Positions 24,374 to 31,207 of a DNA stretch of 32,000 bases are shown here, piece after piece. The DNA comes from Candidatus Iainarchaeum sp. GTDB taxonomy: Archaea; Iainarchaeota; Iainarchaeia; Iainarchaeales; VGJJ01. The stretch is from contig JAUYHT010000002.1 in assembly GCA_030688545.1 (NCBI GenBank), positions 180,001 to 212,000 on the forward strand, read 5' to 3'. Each line of letters opens with the position of its first letter. Position 1 is the stretch's first letter. The position numbers were made by a program, and so were the translations under genes. The notes beneath the pieces were generated by a model. That model did no database searches, was not told where the DNA came from, and saw nothing but the letters and a program-made list of their open reading frames with translations.

Positions 24374-24916
24374 TCAACCTTTCATTTTAAGCGTGAAAAA
24401 CCCATTCTTATCGATATAATATCCCATCCCAAGGATCCATTTCCGGGTGGTGGGAAAAGGAATCCGGAGCGCGATGGATAAATCCACGACTCGAAGATCC
24501 TTTTTCCGTTGCCGTTGCTTCGCCGCCCACGCATGAAGAGACGCTACCAACCCCCCATACGTGGCATGGGCCCATATCAAATCTTCCTTCGAGAGCTTAA
24601 GTTCGTCAGCCAACCTCCATTCCGGCCAATCAAAGTGTTGGCTCGCCAGTAACCCATAATCGATCACACGGGAAGCATATTCCTTTCGGGATTTTCGGTT
24701 GAGGGGTTGGATCTTCCCGCGCACGAACAAAGCATGTTCCCTAATGCTGTCTTCCAATTCCTTTTTCCGTTGGGCCAACTTTTCTCTTGCTAATTTCATG
24801 GCCATTCGAACTTCACTCTTCGTGGCGTTTGGCCCTAGACGGGGGATTCGAACATACCTTCCGTTCTCAATGACATAGTGTTTCAACCGAAATGGCTCGG
24901 GTTTGCGAGCAGGCAT
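24374..24916 (-). CDS. basic hypothetical protein (180 aa)
   Basis: The ATG at 24916 (MPARKPEPFRLKHYV..) is 21 nt from the TATA at 24937-24944. The track's longer ORF to 25051 runs through the tRNA-like repeat and hairpin region and is unlikely to be coding. Confidence 0.5.
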   Translation of the reverse strand: MPARKPEPFRLKHYVIENGRYVRIPRLGPNATKSEVRMAMKLAREKLAQRKKELEDSIREHALFVRGKIQPLNRKSRKEYASRVIDYGLLASQHFDWPEWRLADELKLSKEDLIWAHATYGGLVASLHAWAAKQRQRKKDLRVVDLSIALRIPFPTTRKWILGMGYYIDKNGFFTLKMKG

Positions 24917-24936
24917 CCCTGAAAAAGGGCACGTGG

Positions 24937-24944
24937 CTATAAAA
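24937..24944 (-). promoter_or_regulatory. TATA box (TTTTATAG on minus)
   Basis: It lies 21 nt upstream of the ATG at 24916. On the plus strand it is also 33 nt upstream of the first tRNA-like 5' copy. Confidence 0.45.
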
Positions 24945-24976
24945 CCCATTCCTTCTCCAGCATGGTATACCAATAC

Positions 24977-24988
24977 GGACCCGCAGCT
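24977..24988 (+). repeat. degenerate copy of tRNA-Ile 5' end (GGACCCGCAGCT; 11 of the first 12 nt identical)
   Basis: Direct comparison with the tRNA at 25159-25170. No T-arm or 3' acceptor strand follows. Confidence 0.6.
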
Positions 24989-25061
24989 GGCCCGTTTCGG
25001 CGGGCCGCAGCGACGGTCTACCGAGGGATTTACAATCCCTCGATAAATCAAATAAAATAAC

Positions 25062-25080
25062 GGACCCGTAGCTCAGCCTG
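25062..25080 (+). repeat. exact 19-nt copy of tRNA-Ile 5' end (acceptor strand + D-stem/loop start)
   Basis: GGACCCGTAGCTCAGCCTG is identical to 25159-25177. The sequence diverges afterwards and no T-arm or 3' acceptor strand follows. Confidence 0.9.
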
Positions 25081-25158
25081 CACGCTTTCGCGCGTGCGGG
25101 ACGAGGGACTACGTTGGGGGTTTATCAACCCCCAGTAGGCCTGAATTAGATTAGTGAT

Positions 25159-25232
25159 GGACCCGTAGCTCAGCCTGGTAGAGCAGCGTTCTTATACAGC
25201 GAAGGTCGGAGGTTCAAATCCTCCCGGGTCCA
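25159..25232 (+). tRNA. tRNA-Ile, anticodon TAT (UAU)
   Basis: Manual cloverleaf: acceptor GGACCCG/CGGGTCC, D-arm GCTC-AGCCTGGTA-GAGC. The anticodon arm is GCGTT-CTTATAC-AGCGA (4 bp plus a G27.A43 mismatch, with T33 and A37). The variable loop is AGGTC, the T-arm GGAGG-TTCAAAT-CCTCC, and the discriminator A. No CCA is encoded. A T6 tract lies 22 nt downstream. Confidence 0.85.
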
Positions 25233-25240
25233 CTGCTGCC

Positions 25241-25250
25241 ATTAAATTAT
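25241..25250 (+). promoter_or_regulatory. TATA-like ATTAAATTAT for HD-domain gene
   Basis: It lies about 21 nt upstream of the ATG at 25270. Confidence 0.45.
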
Positions 25251-25253
25251 CTA

Positions 25254-25259
25254 TTTTTT
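25254..25259 (+). terminator. oligo-T (T6) downstream of tRNA-Ile
   Basis: The T6 run lies 22 nt after the tRNA 3' end. Confidence 0.45.
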
Positions 25260-25269
25260 ACATCCTAGT

Positions 25270-26004
25270 ATGGCCTATCTGCCAAGCAGGAAAAGAAAAC
25301 GGATGCCCGGAGGTATCAATCGGAAAACGCGAAATCAGATTCGGGAAAATGAATTACATCTCAGAAAAAACCTACGCCAGAAACGGATCGCGACTCTGCT
25401 TGAAGGACGAGCAGCCAAATTATATGGCGAATTACCCTTTCACAATTGGAACCACGCCCGTTCCCGTATGAAAAAAGGAATGGCCATTGCCCGGCAATGC
25501 GTACGTGAGGGCATTCGCGTAAATTTGGAAGTAGTGAAATGGGCGCTGCTCTTCCATGATGCCGGTTACCACCACGATCACCGCAAAATTGGATATCCTA
25601 CCAAAGAGGCCCACTCGGCCGCGCTTGCCCGAAAAGAAATGGAACGTCTCAACATGGATCCCATGTTGATTCGAGACGTGGAGAAAGCCATTCTCAGTAC
25701 GCACCGGGATGCGCCCTTCCAAACGGTAGAAGAGAAAATCGTTCGTGCTGCTGACCTGGCGGGAATGGCTGGCCCCTACTCCGCATTCCTCCGAGATAAC
25801 CGCCTACTGAAGAAAGAACAAGAGCTGATGCATGGGAATTCCATTTCATGGGAGGAATGGAAAAAACAATCTGAGGAGATAATTGGATTCTACTTGAGCC
25901 AGAATATTCAAGTGACGACCCAGTACCGGGACGCGGCTGGGAAATCAGTCTTCCATACCCGCGTTCGAGACAATCTAGCCCGAATGATGAGGGAACAGGG
26001 ATGA
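25270..26004 (+). CDS. HD-domain phosphohydrolase with basic N-terminal tail
   Basis: FHNWNHARS...ALLFHDAGYHHD gives the H...HD signature. The ATG at 25270 is about 21 nt from the TATA at 25241-25250. Confidence 0.65.
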   Translation: MAYLPSRKRKRMPGGINRKTRNQIRENELHLRKNLRQKRIATLLEGRAAKLYGELPFHNWNHARSRMKKGMAIARQCVREGIRVNLEVVKWALLFHDAGYHHDHRKIGYPTKEAHSAALARKEMERLNMDPMLIRDVEKAILSTHRDAPFQTVEEKIVRAADLAGMAGPYSAFLRDNRLLKKEQELMHGNSISWEEWKKQSEEIIGFYLSQNIQVTTQYRDAAGKSVFHTRVRDNLARMMREQG

Positions 26005-26152
26005 GTGGTTTCCATCAATGGGATATCCCAGTAGCCATTTTCTTCGATCGTCTAAAGCCCTTACGACGAATTGAGTAAAGTATCCTTTTATGGTCGGAAA
26101 CCCTAGTGCTGGCCTTCGCTCCGGCAATAGGCGGCGAAGGAGGTTGGTCGGA

Positions 26153-26311
26153 ATGAAATTGAGAAGGGCTATCTGCGAAAGGGGTTGTGGCTTCATGGTA
26201 CAGAGCTACAACGAAAATGAACTCCTAAAGTATGCCTTGACTCATGCCAAAAACGTGCACCACTACAGTGGGGAAAATTATCAAATCGAGCAGGTGATGC
26301 AAATCGTCTGA
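26153..26311 (+). CDS. DUF1059-like small protein
   Basis: MKLRRAICERGCGFMVQSYNENELLKYALTHAKNVHH matches the DUF1059 pattern (C..CGF.....deeel...v..H....H). AGGAGG lies 8-13 nt upstream of the ATG at 26153, and the track's 26090 start lacks such a signal. Confidence 0.6.
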   Translation: MKLRRAICERGCGFMVQSYNENELLKYALTHAKNVHHYSGENYQIEQVMQIV

Positions 26312-26378
26312 ATGGCTACAAGACGCACGCCTGAAATAATCTTCCCCCACGCTCTTTCTCCCAATATGGACGTGGGAC

Positions 26379-27218
26379 TTATTTTATTTCCTCTATCAAT
26401 TGGTTCACGAAATAAATGGGGCCATCATGGAGGATGAGAACGTCGTATACGCGGGAAAAAGATTCCCTCAAGTCATCCACATGGTCGTTGAGAAATCCCA
26501 CCTTGATTACCGTGTCGTAATCGAACTCCGCAAGCATCTTCACATCATCGAAATTATCACCTAACAGGATTACATTCCGCCGCCCCCGAATCATCCCCTC
26601 ATACGGGGTGCCTTTCACCACTGCCTCACTCTTATTGAGGGAATGGATAATTTTCCCTTTATACCCCATCACCCTACCAGAATCGTCGTAGGCTAACTGA
26701 TTGGCGACCACATGGATGTTGGCCCTCCACAACCCTTCCTTCTTCAACAACCCTTCGATAAAATCGGAGTTTCCTGCCGAGAGGATGAGGAGGGGAATGT
26801 TTTTCTGGTTCAGGGTGTCCAAGAATGGGCCCAAACCAGGTCGAGCGTTCAGGGGTTGCTCCCTCACAATTCGTTCCACTATTTCCCTATTTAGGCCATA
26901 ATGGCTCATGCGTTTAACGTGAGTAGTCCACCACTCCAGCATTTTGGATTTCTTGGTTTGAAGGTCCAATGTCAAATCGATTTCCATCGGATGGTATTTC
27001 TCGTACAACCCATAGGCTTCTGAGACGTATTCCGGGGACAAATACTTGTACTTTCGAATAATCTCCACGAGGGAATTCCTTTTCTCCCCATTATGGAAGG
27101 CCGTGGTGAGCGTTTTATCGAAATCCGCGACCACGTGGAGTTGCCGCGCGCCTCCATGCATCAACGCTTTTTTCTTCCTCTCGAAATCAGTAGGATTTAC
27201 AACTAGATCATTTTCCAT
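26379..27218 (-). CDS. pyrimidine 5'-nucleotidase, NT5C3/UMPH-1 family (HAD superfamily)
   Basis: The sequence is collinear with family blocks as I recall them. These are DFDKTLT (DxDxT), KYHPMEID, LEWW, IPLLILSAGNSDFIEG, HVVANQLAYDDSGRVMGYKGKIIHSLNK, VILLGDNFDDVKM and VGFLNDHVD. The ATG at 27218 is 23 nt from the TATA at 27241-27249. Confidence 0.85.
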   Translation of the reverse strand: MENDLVVNPTDFERKKKALMHGGARQLHVVADFDKTLTTAFHNGEKRNSLVEIIRKYKYLSPEYVSEAYGLYEKYHPMEIDLTLDLQTKKSKMLEWWTTHVKRMSHYGLNREIVERIVREQPLNARPGLGPFLDTLNQKNIPLLILSAGNSDFIEGLLKKEGLWRANIHVVANQLAYDDSGRVMGYKGKIIHSLNKSEAVVKGTPYEGMIRGRRNVILLGDNFDDVKMLAEFDYDTVIKVGFLNDHVDDLRESFSRVYDVLILHDGPIYFVNQLIEEIK

Positions 27219-27240
27219 CTATTATGAAGGGAGAATTCAT

Positions 27241-27249
27241 TATTTAAAA
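27241..27249 (-). promoter_or_regulatory. TATA box (TTTTAAATA on minus) for NT5C3-like gene
   Basis: It lies 23 nt upstream of the ATG at 27218. Confidence 0.55.
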
Positions 27250-27269
27250 TCCATTTTAATCCATCCACG

Positions 27270-27277
27270 TTTAAATA
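27270..27277 (+). promoter_or_regulatory. TATA box TTTAAATA for YfbR-like gene
   Basis: It lies 22 nt upstream of the ATG at 27299. Confidence 0.55.
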
Positions 27278-27298
27278 GAAGGCGACTTGGTAGTAGTC

Positions 27299-27934
27299 AT
27301 GAAAGCCCTCCCCCTTTTGTTCAAATTGATGCAGACCACGCGGTTCCAACCCCAGTACGGGTATTCGTTAGCGGAGGCATACAAGTCTGACATCAGCGAT
27401 CTGGCCCAACATCATTACCTGGTCACATTCACCGCTTGGCGATTGTCACGTCTCTTACATCATGCCAATGTTTCCATCAGTGTCGAACGTGTCCTCGAAA
27501 TATCGCTTATCCATGACTTGGGTGAATTATTTGGGGGAGACATCAATTTCTATTATCAGCGCGCCAATCCCGAAGCAAAAAAGCACGCGAAGGAATTCGA
27601 GGCGGCGAACAATATGTTTCTATCTCGTTTTTTTGGGGATGAGAAAGAGCAGTATCTCGCTCTTATTCAGGAGATGAAAGAGGGAAAAACGGTTGAGGCC
27701 CTCGTGGCCAAGATTTCAGACATCATCGAATGCGTGCACTACAAGAAAGTAATCCACCGGTTATCTTCCCTTGATGTGGAAGCGAATTCAGCTTATTTAG
27801 GTAAACTCATTGACGCATTACCCGAACCCCGCGCCAAGGAAGTGATGCACCGTTTTCTTGAAGGATGGAAGAAAGAAATCATTGACGATCGGGGGGCGGT
27901 GGATATCATCCAAATGCCTCCTTCCCATGATTAG
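27299..27934 (+). CDS. HD-domain 5'-deoxynucleotidase, YfbR/HDDC2-like
   Basis: RFQPQYG.....SDLAQHHYLVTFTAWRL....VERVLEISLIHDLGELFGGDI fits the YfbR-type pattern (R......es.aeHs..va..a..l....r.l..al.HDl.E...GDi). The ATG at 27299 is 22 nt from TTTAAATA (27270-27277). Confidence 0.7.
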   Translation: MKALPLLFKLMQTTRFQPQYGYSLAEAYKSDISDLAQHHYLVTFTAWRLSRLLHHANVSISVERVLEISLIHDLGELFGGDINFYYQRANPEAKKHAKEFEAANNMFLSRFFGDEKEQYLALIQEMKEGKTVEALVAKISDIIECVHYKKVIHRLSSLDVEANSAYLGKLIDALPEPRAKEVMHRFLEGWKKEIIDDRGAVDIIQMPPSHD

Positions 27935-27985
27935 TACCAAATGATTTTTATCATGGGATCCTATAGCTGACTCACCGAATTTGTC

Positions 27986-28297
27986 TCAAGGCGAAGCGGG
28001 AACATATCTCCAACCGGGTTCGAGCGGCCCAATGAATCCGGGGTCGACTTCTTTTGGAGGTTGAGGTGGTATGGGCGGAGCCGGAGGCCCGTATGGGGGT
28101 TCAGGTGGTAAAGAAGATGGGGGAGTAATAATCCAAATCATTCGATTCTTATGAAAATGCGGGGGGTGTAAATCGCAACAATCCTGGGCAACCACCAAAC
28201 CCGTAAACGCCAAAAGGAATATCGAAGTAAAAATAATGAAACCATTTCTCCCTGCTTTCGAGTAAATAGGCCCTTGATAGGAATCATTTCCAACCAT
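27986..28297 (-). CDS. small membrane-anchored Pro-rich protein
   Basis: It has one hydrophobic segment (GFIIFTSIFLLAFTGLVVA), a CC pair and a Pro-rich C-terminus (PPEPPYGPPAPPIPPQPP). The ATG at 28297 is 23 nt from the shared TATA at 28320-28326. The track's start at 28315 is only 5 nt from it. Confidence 0.45.
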   Translation of the reverse strand: MVGNDSYQGPIYSKAGRNGFIIFTSIFLLAFTGLVVAQDCCDLHPPHFHKNRMIWIITPPSSLPPEPPYGPPAPPIPPQPPKEVDPGFIGPLEPGWRYVPASP

Positions 28298-28319
28298 ATT
28301 TAGATTACCCATCATACCC

Positions 28320-28326
28320 TTAAAAA
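28320..28326. promoter_or_regulatory. single A/T box TTAAAAA placed symmetrically between two divergent ATGs
   Basis: It is 23 nt from the ileS ATG at 28349 and 23 nt from the minus-strand ATG at 28297. Confidence 0.45.
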
Positions 28327-28348
28327 CAGTCTCTAGCCCATTCTAGTG

Positions 28349-31198
28349 ATGTATAGCCCTAAGAATGAGGAGAAGTGGCTGGATTTCTGGGAGGAGGGGA
28401 AGATTTTCGAGAAGAGCGTGAAGCAGCGCTCGCCCGAGAAGCCCTACATCTTCTATGATGGCCCCCCTTTCGCCACCGGCTTGCCGCACCATGGGCACAT
28501 TTTGGGGTTGACCATCAAGGACCTTTATCCGCGATATTTCACCATGAAAGGGTATCGGGTGGAACGCCAGTGGGGGTGGGATTGTCACGGACTCCCCGTC
28601 GAGACAAAAGTGGAGGAATTGAAAGGAATCAAAAACAAGAAGCAGATCGAAGAAATGGGGGTGACGGCATTCAATGCCGCGTGCGCGGAGCAAGTGTTGG
28701 AATTTGCGCACGAATGGGGGAAAACCGTTAGACGCATGGGAAAATGGATCGATTTCGAGAACGCCTACAAAACAATGGATCCATCCTACATGGAGAGTGT
28801 GTGGTGGGTGTTCAAGGAGTTGTATGACAAAGGTCACATTTACGAGGGAAAAAAAATACTCATGTATTGCCCAAGATGCCAAACCCCATTAGCCAAGGCC
28901 GAGATCGCCATGGACCATTCCTACAAGAATATCACGGAACCCGCGGCGTATGTGAAGTTTCCCCTGAAAGGGGAGGAAAACATCTATCTCCTGGCGTGGA
29001 CCACGACCCCCTGGACATTAATAGGAAATGCGGCGCTCGCGGTGAACCCGGAAATGATCTATGTGAAGGTGCAACAAGGAAAAGACACCCTCATTCTTGC
29101 CCAGGCGCTCCTGAAAGTACTCACCGGGGACTATACAAAAATGGCCGAATTCAAGGGAAAGGAATTGCTGGGGAAAAAATACAATCCACTATACCATCTC
29201 GACTCGGAAAAAGAAGGGCATTATGTGGTGGATGGCGGGGAGAATGTGAGTGCCGAAGAGGGAACAGGAATCGTGCACATCGCCTCCTACGGGGAATTCG
29301 ATTACGAGCTCATTACTAAATATGACTTACCCCTGTTCACGCATGTACAGGAAAATGGAACCCTTCACGGGGGCCACGCCGATTGGCATGGGCTGTGGTT
29401 CAAGAAAGCCGACCCCCTCATCCTGAAGGAATTAACCGAAAGGGGATTGGTGTACAAGCAGGAGCCCCATTCGCATACCTATCCATTCTGCTACCGCTGT
29501 GAGACCCCTCTTTTTTACCGACCCATGGACTCCTGGTTTGTCCGCATCCAAGCATCCAAGGAACGCATTCTGGCTCGAGCAGAAACTATCCAATGGCACC
29601 CACAAGAAATTGCCAAAACCCGATATTCGTATATCGTAGAAACCATGCCCGACTGGAACATCTCCCGCAATAGGTATTGGGCCACCGCTATTCCCGTATG
29701 GAAATGCTCATCCTGCGGGGAGATGAAGGTTATAGGAAGCATCGCTGAACTGGAAAAATATGCCATCGAACCATTACCCAAAGACATTGATCTGCACAAG
29801 CATGTAGTGGACACCATCCACCTGTTATGCGTCTGCGGGAAAAACATGAGTCGGATTCCCGAAGTCCTCGACTGCTGGTTCGAATCGGGGGCCATGCCCT
29901 ATGCCGCGCGGCATTATCCATTCGAGAACAAGGAAAACCTTTCCACCTTTTTCCCCGCGGAATTTGTATCGGAGTACGTGGCCCAAATACGGGCGTGGTT
30001 CAATTATATGCACGTGTTGGGGGTACTCCTCCTCGATCACGCGCCCTTCAAACACGCCGTGGTGAGTGGAAACATATTGGCTTCCGACGGAAGCAAGATG
30101 TCCAAATCGAAAAAGAATTTCACCGACCCCTTCACCATTTTTGACACCTATGGAGCAGATGCCTTGCGCTTTTACCTGATGCAATCCCCCGTGACGCAAG
30201 CGCAAGATATCCATTTCAAGGATGAGGGAGTGCAGGAAGTGTATCGAAAGGTCATCCTGCCCGCGGCCAACACATTGGATTTCTATCGGATGTATGCCGC
30301 TCAAAAAACTAAATTGGAAAACCCCCATTCCCCTCACATTTTAGACAAATGGATTATCGCGCGCCTCCACCAGACCCTTTCCCGCGTGACGGAAGGGTTG
30401 GATGGATATGATACTATTACTCCCTGCCAGGCCTTATCCAGCTTCATCAGCGATCTTTCCACGTGGTATCTCCGCCGGAGCCGGGAACGCGTCAAAGGAA
30501 CGAATGACCAGGATAAAATGGACGCCATTCGTACCTTGGCTTATGTCCTCCACCAATTGAGTCACCTGCTCGCCCCAATTACTCCCTTCCTCGCGGAAGA
30601 AATTTTCCAAACACTCAAGAAAATGCATCCCGGGATGAAAGAAAGCGTGCACCTCGAAGACTGGCCCCGCGCGGATGAAAAAATGATTGATCCAATCATC
30701 CTCCAGAACATGGACGCCTGCCGGGAAGCCGTGCGCCTCGCCCTTGACCAGAGGGAACGCCATAAAATACCGATTCGGCAGCCCTTGTCAAAAGCCACGC
30801 TCTATGGGATTACTTTAAACGACGCTATGTCATCCATTTTCAAGGATGAATTACATGTGAAGGAAGTGTCCTTCGCGGAGGCCGGAAAAGACGGGGTGCG
30901 GGTGGAACTGGACACCACACTCACTCCCACCCTCCTCGCGGAAGGCGCGGCGCGGGAACTCATGCGGGCCATCCAGGATTTGAGGAAGAAGGCCAATATG
31001 CAGCCCCAGGAAGAAGTGGAGGTGTTCCTGGAATCCTCTCCCCAATTCCAAAAAATGATTTCTCCTCATTCGGAGGAGGTGAAAGCCAAGGTGCGGGCCC
31101 GCACCATCACTTATAGTAAGGCCACTAATCCATTGCAGGAAACCAATATCATCATCAAAGAGGAACCCCTTACCATACAACTCCAGAAAAGGACGTGA
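28349..31198 (+). CDS. ileS: isoleucyl-tRNA synthetase (archaeal/eukaryal type), relatively short
   Basis: FYDGPPFATGLPHHGHIL carries the HIGH region and KMSKSKKN is the KMSKS motif. WNISRNRYWATAIPVW is also present. The ATG at 28349 is 23 nt from the TATA at 28320-28326. Confidence 0.93.
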   Translation: MYSPKNEEKWLDFWEEGKIFEKSVKQRSPEKPYIFYDGPPFATGLPHHGHILGLTIKDLYPRYFTMKGYRVERQWGWDCHGLPVETKVEELKGIKNKKQIEEMGVTAFNAACAEQVLEFAHEWGKTVRRMGKWIDFENAYKTMDPSYMESVWWVFKELYDKGHIYEGKKILMYCPRCQTPLAKAEIAMDHSYKNITEPAAYVKFPLKGEENIYLLAWTTTPWTLIGNAALAVNPEMIYVKVQQGKDTLILAQALLKVLTGDYTKMAEFKGKELLGKKYNPLYHLDSEKEGHYVVDGGENVSAEEGTGIVHIASYGEFDYELITKYDLPLFTHVQENGTLHGGHADWHGLWFKKADPLILKELTERGLVYKQEPHSHTYPFCYRCETPLFYRPMDSWFVRIQASKERILARAETIQWHPQEIAKTRYSYIVETMPDWNISRNRYWATAIPVWKCSSCGEMKVIGSIAELEKYAIEPLPKDIDLHKHVVDTIHLLCVCGKNMSRIPEVLDCWFESGAMPYAARHYPFENKENLSTFFPAEFVSEYVAQIRAWFNYMHVLGVLLLDHAPFKHAVVSGNILASDGSKMSKSKKNFTDPFTIFDTYGADALRFYLMQSPVTQAQDIHFKDEGVQEVYRKVILPAANTLDFYRMYAAQKTKLENPHSPHILDKWIIARLHQTLSRVTEGLDGYDTITPCQALSSFISDLSTWYLRRSRERVKGTNDQDKMDAIRTLAYVLHQLSHLLAPITPFLAEEIFQTLKKMHPGMKESVHLEDWPRADEKMIDPIILQNMDACREAVRLALDQRERHKIPIRQPLSKATLYGITLNDAMSSIFKDELHVKEVSFAEAGKDGVRVELDTTLTPTLLAEGAARELMRAIQDLRKKANMQPQEEVEVFLESSPQFQKMISPHSEEVKAKVRARTITYSKATNPLQETNIIIKEEPLTIQLQKRT

Positions 31199-31207
31199 AA
31201 CCCATCT

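Noticed and set aside
23345-24377. Long antisense ORFs inside the thermosome gene (23345-24094, 249 aa; 23892-24377, 161 aa)
   Set aside because: They lie fully within an unambiguous, highly conserved plus-strand gene. The products are low-complexity (Ser/Arg/Pro-rich) and carry no start signals. They are the typical shadow ORFs of a GC-balanced coding region.
24917-25051. N-terminal extension of the 24374 ORF up to 25051 given in the ORF track
   Set aside because: The extension runs through the tRNA-like 5' copy and two perfect hairpins. An internal ATG at 24916 has a TATA box at the canonical 21-nt spacing.
25108-25139. Possible intron-containing tRNA anticodon arm in the second tRNA-like unit (ACTAC...GTAGG enclosing a UGG-like triplet and a 15-nt insert)
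   Set aside because: The structure is a simple long hairpin with a 2-nt bulge on one side only. There is no bulge-helix-bulge motif, and no T-arm or 3' acceptor strand follows. I keep it only as part of the broader repeat finding.
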